Shown: positions 38,801-51,027 of the stretch, in pieces
Numbering within the stretch: position 1 is the first letter of the stretch
How the letters are laid out: every line of letters begins with the position of its first letter
Assembly (NCBI GenBank): GCA_044892525.1
Contig: CM097885.1
Span: forward strand, 157,108,001 to 157,172,000
Length of the DNA: 64,000 nucleotides
Reading direction: 5' to 3'
DNA from: Schmidtea polychroa
Taxonomy: Eukaryota
Position numbers and translations under genes: made by a program
Notes under the pieces: generated by a model
Told to the model about the DNA's origin: nothing
Database searches by the model: none
What the model saw: the letters and a program-made list of their open reading frames with translations, nothing else

Positions 38801-41800
38801 GTTAATCATAATAAAAAACAATTTCATAAAAAATGGTTTAAAAAGTTTTTACAAAAAAATCTTACTAAACGAATTTTCCAGTAATTAAACTCATTCTAAA
38901 TTCTTTAATTCTTTTCACCATTGAGTTTTCTCTCTTCATTTATTTTCAATAAAATATCTCTGAAATCTGAATCTATTTCCATTTTAACTATTTAACTGTT
39001 TCTGGTGAATATACTGGTTATGAAAAATATATTGTTTGTTTAATGACGAGTGCATACAATGACAACAACATGTATACTCGAAACATTGAGAACTTATGTA
39101 TAAAATAAAAATGAAGGAAAAGAGACAGTTTTGGATAAACAGTACTCTCATTCTCTTATATTTATGGAATTTAATATTGCTCATTGGTTGTTGAGGGTCA
39201 CGTATTCAGGTAACTTATACTGGTGACGGCTGGCATATAAACATTGTATTTAATAGATCTTTCATTGTTTAATTCTGTATTCTGTAGCTAATAAATAATA
39301 AATTACACTATTTGGTTTTATAAAAATTAATAAAACTGAAGAAAAGGATTTACATCGATTGTTTAAATAATAAGTATGGATATTACAGGGTTTTTACCCG
39401 TATTTTGACAATCTAATCTCTTTTATTGTCAATATAACAATTTAAATTGACAATATAAAGTGTTTTATTGACAATATTAAATTCAATTTTAAAAATTTAA
39501 ATATATTTTTTGACAAATTTGTAAAAATGAATCAAAAAAATGAATTCGAGGAGAATTCTTTAAATAACACAAGTGTCGAAAATAATGAAAGCGAACAAAT
39601 CCCACATCCGACCACCGATGTAGAAGTTCCAAATAAGGTTCCAATACAAAGGCGAAGGAATCAAACTACATCGAATGCTGATAGTGAAAGATTATTCGCT
39701 GCGTATGCAATACAAACATTCATTACTGATATAAGCCGCGTTCTCGTCGTAAAAGGAACAACAATATATGGCATCCTGAAAATATATATTGCCAATGGAA
39801 TAATTGAAGCCAGCAAGAGAGGTGGTGAACAACGTAAGAAGTTTAACGATACACGAAAGTGCAAGTAAAGGAATTGGTTGATGCGAATTGCGCCCAATCG
39901 TTAAGCGCTCTTGTAGCAAAAATATTTAATGAATATGGTGTGCGGGTTTCCAAAACTTATGTTCACAATTTATTAACTTCCTTTAACTAGTCGTTTAAAA
40001 GACTTCACCAAAATTCCTGAAAGATGAAATTCTACTGATGTAATTTCCGCAAGAAGCAACTACGCACTTAATTTTAGTTTTGTTTTAAGTTTATATTTTG
40101 AGGAAGTACTTATATTTATTGATGAGATGGAATTTAATGTTTCAATGCGAACATCACGCGTAGGCAGCCATATACTAAAAACGTACCGAACATTCGATCG
40201 CTTAATATATCGATAATTTGCACAATGAATAAACGTGGTTTAATTTTCTATAAGTATCATAATCGCGCAATTAATAAGGAGTTATTTAATGAATATATTA
40301 AGGAGTTTAAGTAGATTTAAATTGATAAGGAAATTTTTTGAGCATTATATATTATGGATAATGTGAAGTCCAGAAGTTATCAACACTATTATTGAGGAGT
40401 CAACAGAGCTAAGGAATCTATCACCGTACTCGCCTCTTCTCAACCTTATTGAGAATATTTTTAGCAAGTTGAAGGAGATTATAAAAATGGCCAATCCACA
40501 GAATGAAACAGAGTAATTGGATGCTATTGCTAATGGAAGTACTCTGGTGACTGCAAACGATTGTGCTGGATATTTAAGAAATATGTGGATTTATATACCA
40601 AGATGTATTAATAGAGAAGTTATAGTTGATTAAATAGGTTGTTATATTTTTGGTCAAAAATTGTATTTATTCTGTCAATAATATATTTTACATTGTCAAA
40701 GTATGCTTATATTGTCAATTAAAATAATTATATTGTCAATAAAAGATTTTATATTGTCAAATTAGGGATTAAATCCCTGTAAATGAGCTATTTTAAATAA
40801 GTCAAATGTAATAATCAGAATATCAGTGTCGTCTAAACAACAAAATATTGGTTGAAGTTCTTGCTGAAATCATGTCAAGATATCGAACGATACGATGGGC
40901 GAGGATCTAAGAAGGCTGACATCGAAGAGTGGCAACTAATAAATTTCCAGCGATTGACTAGTATATTTGATGGCGAAACACTGAGAAAATGTCAAAGATA
41001 CCATAACGACCGATGCAAAAGTCAAAAATAGTTTTAAATACTTTCACCATTTCCAAATCAATGACTGACAAAATCAATCATTTGTCAATTTTCGAATAAG
41101 AAAAATATTAATAATTCACAACACCTGAGATTCATTTAGGAAGAGAATTAGTTGAAGTACTAAAATCAAGGCGAAAAGGACATTACGCAAAACCTCGTCG
41201 CAAACAAAGCGCGAGATGTGAAATTAAAAGAACTTTTACTCACAAAGCTGGAAACAAAAATTGAAGAAACAAGAATGGTAGGGAAAATTTATGAAACTAG
41301 TGGAAATGCATGCTGTAAAGCTAAATATGTTAAAGCTATCTGCCAACGCATATATGCGAAAGTAACTGAAGGTGGATAAATGAATGTGCAGCATAAATTA
41401 CAAGATACAAGACGTACAACAGGGGTTCTCAATTAATATAATAGCGCGGAACATCATTTACATGATTTTTTACGCGGAACACTGACAAAAAAATACTGGC
41501 ACACAATGAGTGAACAATCACAAATTACTATAAATCTGTCGTAAACGTAAACAATGCCTTCTTATAAGCAAAGAAAATACCACGCGCAACAATAACAAGC
41601 AATAAAAACACTTTTATATTTGTATGTTTATATATCTGTGTAACGGCTTTCTTATTGAATCATCTTATAAAAAATTAATTGAGGTTTTTGATGATATGTA
41701 TCTTAAATGCAAATTTAAAAATAAAATATCATTTTTTCGCGGAACACGGGTTGAAAACCACTGACGTACAACATCACCAAGAAAACGATAAGAAGAACCA

Positions 41801-44800
41801 GTAAACCTCTACCAATCAAGGAAAGATGAATATCTAATAAAAACATCAAAACAGTGCTTGGAATACCATAAAACTAAAATGGATCAATTCCAGAGAGATC
41901 AATTTACTAGAGTAAAGATAACAATAAACTTCCTAATGGGAAATTACAAACCGTTTCTGTTAAGAATATAGCAAAAATATATAAACGAAGATGTTATGGG
42001 ACTCGGGTGCACCAGTAATAATGATGAGCAAGAGTTTATGGGAGAAAATAGGAATGCCAAAACTTCGATCTTGTGGAATATTATTATGTGGAATTTTTAC
42101 TGCCTGGGAAAAGAATCAATGGGATATTTAATGATTCCAGATACAAAGAACCATAAAAATAAGAATATTACAATAAAAATCTTAAAATAGATCAAACCCG
42201 AATTCATAGGTGGTGTTAATACAATGAAAGAGTTTATAGTAAAATTAATGGAAATCAACAACATAGAAGCCATGTGAATAAGATTTATACTAATGATTAA
42301 TAAATAAAATAAATAACCCTCATCCGGATAATGTGAATTCAACAAAACAGAACTATTCTTTCTTGAACACTCAGCTAAAAGAAATGGTATTTAATCAAAC
42401 AAAAAAGATCAAAGAAATAGAAAAAGCGAAAATACCAAAATGCTCATTCAAATTTACAAGTTATTACATTAGATTCATAAAGAGCTATGTAAGGATTACG
42501 GAACCACTATATGCAGCAACATCAGGATGTGAAAAGATATAATTTGGACTAATAAATAAAATGAAAGTTTTAATAGCGCACGAGAAAGGTTACTGTATAA
42601 TTGGGAAGGAACTCTTAGCGGTATGAATATGTTATGTATTTTAGGCCATTTCTTGACGGAATCAAGTTAATATTTCACACAAATCATAATCCACTGGTGT
42701 TTATGAATTCCACAGACATCAATTAACTTACAATTTCAGACACGGGTGACTAACCTCGCTAAATATAACTTTGAGCTGAAATACAGAAATGAAGAAGACC
42801 ATTCAAATGCGTATGAGTTGTAGAAACTAATATGCATGTTTTGGACGCAATGCCAAACAAGGCATGAACAAGTCATAGAAGACAAGTCAAGGGTTAGGAA
42901 TTAGTACAGCAACAAAATAATTTTTAAATTCAAAGAACTACGAGAAATGCAAGGAAATTAGCCGGTGCCGAAAACAAATAATTGTTTTCTGTTTAATGCA
43001 TAGAATGCAAAAATTGACGGAGAATAATTAGCTGTCGAAAAGAACAACAATTAATGTTGAATAAAGGTTATAAATACAAGTTTTTAATTGATTTGTCTTA
43101 AAGATTCAAAATACTTTAATAAATTTGAGAATTTTAGGCTCAAAACCTTCGGCCACCAAATACAACATGTGTCGATTTTATGGGCCCTACGTATGTCATT
43201 TCGGAAAATGTATAGCAGATGGTTATAACTACAAATGTGAATGTAATCAGGGCTATATAGCGTCAAGTGATGGTAAATCCTGCAAAAGTGAAATTTATGA
43301 GATATAAATATAAATGATTATCATTTCGTCTATTATCAGAAACAGTTGACTTTTGTACTCGATATAGTGGTGTGGTTTGTCCTAACGGGAAATGTGTTTC
43401 GTTATCCAACGATTATATTTGCCAATGTGATCCTGGTTATACATCGTCATATGACAGGAAGAAATGCACAAGTTAGTTTATTTTGTTTCGGAGGATGATT
43501 TACTTTTTACATAGGTATATGTGATTTATATCCAAGAAGTCTCTGCCCGGATGGTCAATGCATTCCTCAGTCAAACAATGGTTATGAATGCCGGTGTCTT
43601 CCAGGTTTCGCACTGATGGGTAAAGGCAAACAGTGTCGAAGAATAATGAGCGACCAATCAGGTAGCAGTTAATTTTATTATAATTATTAAATAACTAGCA
43701 TTACTACACAGCTGCACTACGGATCTTAATCTTGTTATACGTAATAATGTCAAAGGATATACATTTGATATATTCAAACAAAATCTATTAATTTAATAAA
43801 ATTTTTATTTTAAAATCTAAAATTTGTGATTTCGAAATCTAAAAATTTAAATCAAGAATATACCAAAATTTGAGAATACTATTTTATCTAATTCCTTAAA
43901 TTTGAATACTCTTTGTAAGTTTGATTAAATATTTTGATGAACGTTTATTTGTAGTCCAGTTCCAGTCATTTGGCGGCCCTAGACAGAGCTACAAGTTGGC
44001 TACTCTACCCATATATGATATATCAATGTCACCATGTCAATGACTTGGAGGAAAACTTATTTTCGGTTTTTTTTCGAGTTTTTTATATAAGTATCGATAT
44101 TACATGTAAAATATTATCTTTGCATCAATATTTTATCCATTCATATTTTACTTAGTTTGTCAGATAGTTTATCACAATTTTCTAAATTATATATCGAATA
44201 AACTGAAAAATAATTAAAAATATTTATAAAACGACGTTGTTACATAATTATTATTTTTTAATTTCAAAAAATATTTTTTAGATGCTTATTTAAATTATTT
44301 TGCAAATTTGGCGGCCCTGTGCAGCTGCCTAGTCTGTTTAACGGAAGAACCGGGTCTGTTTATATATAGCAAATTAACAGATGTCATTTTCTGCTAGAAC
44401 TACTCATTTAATATTCTCCACTTTGAACTAAACATTATCTCCTTTTATATTTTTTATTCTCCCCATGAGAATAATAAAGTCTTACTTTCGAAAATCTTTA
44501 TGACTATTTTTTTATTTCAGAAATAAGTCCTCTATCTTCAAATGAAGATTCAAAATCTTCTCAAGGTGACATTGACTTTTGTTCCTATTCATACTACAGG
44601 GATCAATGCAATGGTGGAGCTTGTATAAATATGAAAAATCATTATCGTTGTGAATGTCTTCAGGGATTTGTTTTGGAAAAGCAAGGCCAAGCATGTAAAG
44701 AAAAAGGTATAAAAGTTTCATATCAATATCTAATATTAATGTTTCAATAGTTGCATATAAGACAAACCAAATGAATGATGTAGCTAGTAGTTTTAATTTA

Positions 44801-47542
44801 AAAACACAATGTGATAAATTTGGATCATTTCTGTGTAACAATGGTAGATGTATCGAGTCTGGTTCGTCTTATCAGTGTCAATGTAATACTGGATACCAAG
44901 TATCATTGGATGGAAAACAGTGTTCAGGTATTTATATTATCTTCAATGTTTCAAGCAAGTACTTTTAGATATTGATGAATGTTCAATGAATCCATCAATC
45001 TGTGATCAAGGAACTTGCATCAACAGTCCTGGGAGTTATCAATGCAGCTGTTTTGATGGCTTCACGATTCATAATATGCCAGGAGGACCAAAGTGTTATG
45101 GTAATTTCAATATGAATTTCTTTCAAATTTCGCTGCCTTTAGATCGAAATGAGTGCACTGAAACAACATCACTCTGCAAAAACGGAATCTGTAGAAATAC
45201 CCATGGCTCCTTTGAATGTCAATGTAACTCTGGATATATTTCTTCAAACAAAAAGCAGGATTGTGTTTCCGTGCAAGATAATTCAGGTTTAACAATTTTT
45301 CTAAAAAATAAAATTAAAGAAATTATAGTCAACATATAATTATTATTTGTCATTTTATAATATTAACTTAAAACTTTGACAACAATTCAAATTATTTCAT
45401 TTTTGCTTTGTTGGACAAAAGCTAATAAAAATAACACGGTGCGTGGGGTGTTACAAGAAATTAAGCAATAAACATGAACGCACTATTGCTGAAAATCGAA
45501 TAAGACAGGTCAACATTCGTAATAGTAAATGCTTAAATATTATTATATCGAATGCTTCAATGGGCTTCATAAAAGTGTGGTTAATTTTTCAATTATATTT
45601 ATTGTTTTTGATCTTAATTATTCCTGTCCAAAAAAATAGTTTAAAAGCAGAGTCATTCTTGGGGCTATTATTTGTAGGAGATTCGTAGGGTTTCTAATAA
45701 CTCTAAATAATCATAAAAATCCACAAAAAGTCAAAGGTTTAAAACAATCAGTCTGACGGGTGAGTGATTGTAAGTGTTAATAGAAAAAGTAAGATTAAAC
45801 ATTATTTCCATTTAAAACTAAACTTTTAAAATTTTAAAATCACGAATTTATTGATTTAATGTCTTAAATGAAGGAAAAGAAATGGAAAATACTTAGTCAG
45901 TGAAGATAAAAAATGATTTTATTGGTAAAAATAAACGAGGACAAAACTTTTATGTGTTTGGCAAATGTTATTTTATATTACATTTGATAAAAATGGTGCT
46001 CACGACTTGGGTTACACGGGGAAAATCTTTTGATTTAAAAGTATAATAAAAATAAATGAAATTTTAAAATATTGCATTAATGAAATATTTCAGTATTTTT
46101 GACGCCATGGAAAAAATCGCTATAAAATATAAAATATTTGTGATGGTTATATGATTTCATTTGATTGCATCGAAATTTAAAAATAAAATTCCTAAAGGTT
46201 TTATAAGTTGAAATTGTAAAACCATTTGTAAAATTATGGAATTCATTGTTGAATATGATATCCAAACAATATTTGATAGTCAACAGTTTAAAAGTAAGCA
46301 AGATTTTTAAAAGCGCCACTGAAGCATTACAGTAACGCGTTCATATAAAGCGGTTTTATAGGGATATTTGTCATAATAAAATAAAATTTTAATTTATTTT
46401 TACGGAAATGACAAAAAAAAATATTTTAAAAAGAATTGAAAAGTATTGCATGTATTTTATTAGGATGTAAGTGAGTTGTTCTGAATTAGAAATAAATTTG
46501 TTTTAATAATTAGAAGCTAATAAAAAATCACTTTTGAATTTGGGTACAAATACTTCAAAAGCTTTTTTGTATAGGGAATTTTTTTCTCACGGATTTTCGT
46601 ATAGGGTATTTTGGGTTCAGGCTTTTTCGAACCAGTTTATGGTCTCATGAATTTTTGAACTAGATAACATAGCTAAATAACACTGAAGTGAACCTAAAAA
46701 CCCCAGAATATTTAGTGTGAGTTTCACATTGACATAAATCCTGAGGCTTCCTGCTGACTCTAGACTTTTTATCAAGACTTTAAATTTCAAGACAAATATA
46801 CTGCTAAAATACTATTCCTCACTTTGTTTCCCAACTCTTAATAATCATAATGTAATAATTATATTTATTTATTATAAGCTTTATAATTTATTGTTTAGAG
46901 GAAAATTAATTTTTAAAAAATTTGTGGAAAACCCATTAAAAATGAGTTTTAACACAAATATTTCACTCACTCTTCAGTAGAATTCTGGTTGCGCCTCTGT
47001 TACTTTGTCATTTGCAGTCTCCGCTAAATCACTAAAGCACAGGGGTTATCATTGAAAAAATGTTGAATTATTTTGCGAAATAAATAAAATTTTTATCAAC
47101 AGATCATTTAATAACATTTTCATAGATCAAAGATACGATACAGAGTCTACAAAAATCTGCAAAAAATGCTCCCATTACTGCAAATTTTCGAATGGGGTAT
47201 TCAAATGTTCGTGTCCAAACGGACTGGATGCAGTACTGGAAACAGGGTACTGAATTCTAATTCCATAATTAATTGAATCGGTTCTAATTTGATAGATTAT
47301 GTGCCAAAGTGTCACAAATAGTAGATGTTCAATTCGATATTCCTGACAATGTCAGAGTTAAGCGCAACACCCATCCTAGCTTAAATAATGTTTATTTTGA
47401 GGTTGTTTCTGCAACTGATATAGAAGATTTCCGATCCAATGTGACAACACAGTTCAACGATATTGTCTTGGACAAATGCGAATCCTGGACAGAACATAAA
47501 CCGAATTCTGGAGTTCGCTGTTTTTATCATAAGATATCATAA
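32829..47542 (+). CDS. FBN: Miniature fibrillin, 17 exons, 739 aa
   Basis: Exons: 32829-32899, 32952-33034, 33094-33225, 33283-33375, 36509-36694, 36745-36814, 37771-37832, 38663-38782, 43138-43287, 43340-43471, 43515-43661, 44521-44706, 44784-44927, 44969-45100, 45143-45286, 47126-47246, 47296-47542. Total 2220 nt, all GT-AG, phases compatible. Domains: signal peptide; fibrillin N-terminal HICG..CCSGY...CTIPIC..C...C.RPNTC; 2 EGF; hybrid/TB domain (GECF...LCCG...AWGDPCQRC...CEKGF); 9 EGF of which 3 are cbEGF (DINEC, DIDEC, DRNEC); terminal EGF-like; RVKR furin-type site; short tail. Confidence 0.9.
34631..34847. mobile_element. Small foldback MITE in fibrillin intron 4
   Basis: Imperfect TIRs GGCTAAATTAAACTTCTCGGGGTACATAAAT / ATTTATGTACCCCTGAAAAGTTTGCTATAGCC. 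CAAAT on both flanks. Confidence 0.7.
35375..36408 (-). mobile_element. Decayed, internally deleted mariner (DD34D-type) in intron 4
   Basis: Imperfect ~20-bp TIRs (TA)GGTGGATTGATAAGTCTTTG / CAAAGACTTACCAAATCGCC(TA). Remnants ITNDETWIHYF..P..Q, IFWDGYGLIF, GF*SNEE. Confidence 0.85.
37880..38500 (-). mobile_element. Possible Mutator-like transposase remnant in intron 7
   Basis: Frameshifted HNTSLAEGYHN..FKNEIND...NPNIF resembles the MULE C-terminal TNN..EG.HN...PNI motif. Boundaries approximate. Confidence 0.3.
39386..40779 (+). mobile_element. IS630/Tc1-like DNA transposon, full length, decayed ORF from 39527
   Basis: TA|CAGGGTTTTTACCC...GGGATTAAATCCCTG|TA, with long imperfect TIRs containing TTGACAAT repeats. 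HTH, then FIDE, IMDN, LSPYSPLLNLIENIFSKLK. Confidence 0.88.
41420..41763. mobile_element. Buster-type hAT MITE (344 bp)
   Basis: TIRs CAGGGGTTCTCAA / TTGAAAACCACTG. Perfect TSD ACGTACAA (41412-19, 41764-71), central TA. Confidence 0.92.
41980..42900 (+). mobile_element. Decayed Ty3/gypsy pol fragments in intron 8
   Basis: MSKSLWEKIGMPKL (protease region); YYIRFIKSYVRITEPLY; HEKGYCIIGKELLAV; HTNHNPL; KYNFELKYRNEEDHSNA. Boundaries approximate. Confidence 0.7.
43952..44358. mobile_element. hAT-like MITE in intron 11
   Basis: Right end ...CTAGTCTGTTTAACGGAAGAACCGGGTCTG, degenerate left end TAGTCCAGTTC. TTTGGCGGCCCT near both ends. TSD TTTATTTG / TTTATATA (6/8). Confidence 0.55.
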
Positions 47543-48599
47543 AGACTTGATTTGCCTCCTCATTAAACTAATAACATGCCATGACAAAATATTATTAACA
47601 GGATATTCGGATCCCAACGGTTTTATTTCACGTTTATGTATGCATTCATATCTTGAATCATCTTGATGCTGTAAATTTTCACGATGCATTGACGCTCGCT
47701 TGAGACATAAAGATTTATTAATACATTATAACATTTTTTATTCTTACTCAACTTCTATTTTCTCTACATTTGGCATTGTGCTTGGCTTGGTGAAGAATTT
47801 ATATCAAAAGGAATGTCACAATCATAAATTATTAAAATTAAAAAAGTGAAAGGAAATTAATTTAAATATAAAAGTATATTGATGTATAAAATGGTAAAGT
47901 TTTGCTGAAATCCTATAATAAGCAAAGTTGAAACTCGTTCTTACAATACCGGTATTGTTTTCGATTTCGGGATCCCGGTACCGAGATTGTCAAATACCGG
48001 AACCTCCAGTGCTAGCACTGATATCGACATTGTCAAATACCGGAACTCTCAATGAGATGCTGATATCGAAATTTTCTATTTTTAATCACATTCTCTATCT
48101 GTAATCTATTTTATTATGAAAAAAATAATATTTTCCGTATTACATGCCAAAGAACTCAAACAATTAAATTTTAGAATCTCTATTGATGTCATTTAAGTAT
48201 AAATTTTCAAGTTCCAAACGCTCTCTAACAATTCAAGAAGGCTATTTCAGCTTTTAAATTATTTTGTCATAATATTTAGAAACTACAGCGATATATCTTT
48301 TAGTAAAATCTTCTTTGGAATAATCATCCATTTCATCCTTATCAAAATAACTTTCAATTATTTCAATGATTGGTATTTTGTACGAGATCTTTAACAGTCA
48401 AAGTTGAAAGTCATGTATAATGCAAAGTCGCTGATCTCATTTTCTCCAACTTCAAACTTCCTTCATAATTACCCCCCCCCCAATTAGTTATGATACTCTA
48501 CACTAGATCTTCGTCTTTGTCCTTATTAAGTTTTCTAACAATACAAGATTATCCAAGGTTCCAAAACATCTTTACACTTATTTTGTACACTTATTCTTT

Positions 48600-49210
48600 A
48601 AACTTATTTGAACCCATTGATTACTTTAATTTTAAAATTTGGATCATAATTAACTTATTTGAACCCATTGATTACTTAAATTAAAATCTTAGACCATAAT
48701 TTACTTTAATTTAAAAATTTGAACCTTAATTTAATTTAATTTTTTAGTACCTTAATTTACCTATTTGAGCCCATTCATTACTTTAAATTAAATATTTAGA
48801 CCTTAATTTACTTTAATTTAAAAATTTGGACCATAATTACTTATTTGAACCAATTGATTACTTAATTTTAAAATTTGAACCATATTTTACTGTAATTCAA
48901 AAATCTAAGCCCTTAATTTACTTTAATTTAAAATTTTAGACCATAATGTCCTGAGACCTTAAATTACCATGCTTTTTTAGTGATAGTCGGATTTTGTATT
49001 GAAAATATCCTGAGACCTTAATTTACTATGCTTTTTTATTGAGTACCACCTTTTTCTATTGAAAATCCCAGGACTAAGGAGACCCCCTCACTATAATCTG
49101 AATAATCCTTGGCTTTTTTAGTGATAGTTCGATTTTGTATTGAAAATCCTTGGATCAATCGAGACACCTTCACTATAGTCTGAAAAAAATTTATTTGTAT
49201 TGAAAATTCC
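48600..49210. repeat. Compound degenerate tandem repeat
   Basis: ACTTATTTGAACCCATTGATTACTT-type units interleaved with GACC(A/T)TAATTTACTTTAATT units, then ~60-nt CCTGAGACCTTAA...TATTGAAAAT units. Confidence 0.75.
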
Positions 49211-51027
49211 AAAAAGCAAAAAAAAAAGTAAGTTGCAGCAGAACCCCCCCCCCAGGGGTCATTGCTGTGGAGGGCTACTAACTACCTACTAATATTGTTA
49301 TCAAATTTGACTGATTTTAAATTCGTATTAGTATTAATATACTTCCTGATAATATCAGCTTGTTTAAATTTAACTGGTTTATGAATATTGAACCTAATGA
49401 AAAAATGACCTTGAGAAGAGAAGATATTGACACAGAAATCTCACGATATCCTGTATTCTCATCTCATTTAACACAGTGCTTATTGACGAATGTCAAACTC
49501 CCATGAATTCTTCCTTAAGTTAAACATCTCCATTTCTTATAACAACTCAATGATTTAATATAAAGTCATAAGGGCTGATCCCAATGATATACCAAGTATT
49601 CTGTAAAGTTAAGGGGTTCTAATCGATTATGGGATAAGACGTCTCAAAACTGCTGGAAGAAATCAGCCAAAAGAAAAACATCCAATTTTAAATAAATCCA
49701 CTGATAATTCATCAAAGTTATACAATCGATTTCTTGACAAATCAGTTGCGCCTTTTAATATCTTTCTTCCTTGACATCTTTTCAAAATGGTAGCAACTCC
49801 GTGGTTAAAATTCCAGAGCTTCTTGACTTGTATCATAATTATATGGATATACTCTTTTTTATTCCAATATAGTACCATTCTTCACTTTTGTTTTGATAAT
49901 ATTTGCTCCGACTTTCTTCATTTTTTACTGCCCCCAAACTAGTATTAAAAGTAGATACCAATTTCCATGACTTTATTAGTCGAATCATTTTAGTTTCGTT
50001 ACCAAAAATATAATTGGAATCAGATTCAGATGAATATTCCGGAATTTCTGAGGCCATCACCATTTAGTAACGTCATGATTTTTGCAAAAACAGATTTGAA
50101 ATATTAAATAAATATTCAAAAATAAACTAAATGAAGTTTTGAATTTTTTAATGCTAGAATTAAAAACTGTTATATTTACTAACCATTATTACTGAAACTG
50201 AATCCATGTGTATCATTTGTGTACTATAGAACACACCTACGGGCCACAGGCTACTACGTCAAATAAAACGTCATTGGTATTTTATGCGTTGTACGATTAA
50301 CAATTGTTTAGGGGCCCATGAAATGCTTTGCCTAGGGGCCCGGAATTGCTTTCGGCGGCCCAGTGTACATATGACATGGAATATGATAATAACGAAATGC
50401 ACATTAGAGCACATCATACGAATTTTTCGATAATCATTCGATGAATAGAAGTTTGGTGAATAGGAACATTCGGTGTGTTGTAATCTTTTGAAGATTTTGC
50501 TTCACAAAACATTTTATTGAATACGACTCTCCTATTTTCAAGTTATTTGAATATTCAAATGCAATAGTGCAGTCTCCATTATCTGAGCGTAATTGTTGAT
50601 TTGTCCGTGTTATATCCGTTGACTGGACGTTCGTTTGGATTAATCTATTGTTATTTTCAGTAACTAATGTCTACCATAGAATAATATGTTTTCATTTACT
50701 CGTTCCACTTGATAACTTGAAAACTTTTGATAAAGACTTCATATAGGACTGACATCACCACAAAATTTCATAAATGTCCGGCTGATTGTTTGTTTAAAAA
50801 TTTTAGTACAAATATTGATTTTTTCACCAATTAACATTTTTATATGTTTTTATTTTTTTTATTTTGAGTAATAATCATATTACTGATTGCCATATAAATA
50901 AATTTAATGATATTTATAAATCCCATGTAAGTGTTTTAAAAAATGTATGTGATATAAGATATCAATTGAATATTCAATTAAATAATTTAACTTTTTATAA
51001 GATGGGTGGGTCATTTTGAAATTGAAT

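Noticed and set aside
48600-49210. Repeated ~25-50-bp units as a CRISPR array
   Set aside because: Units are degenerate, there are no unique spacers, and the context is eukaryotic.
49300-50063. Minus-strand ORF fragments (also 16600-17300, 58340-58740, 63680-63950)
   Set aside because: Probably decayed TE coding DNA, but no motif is recognisable enough to name.
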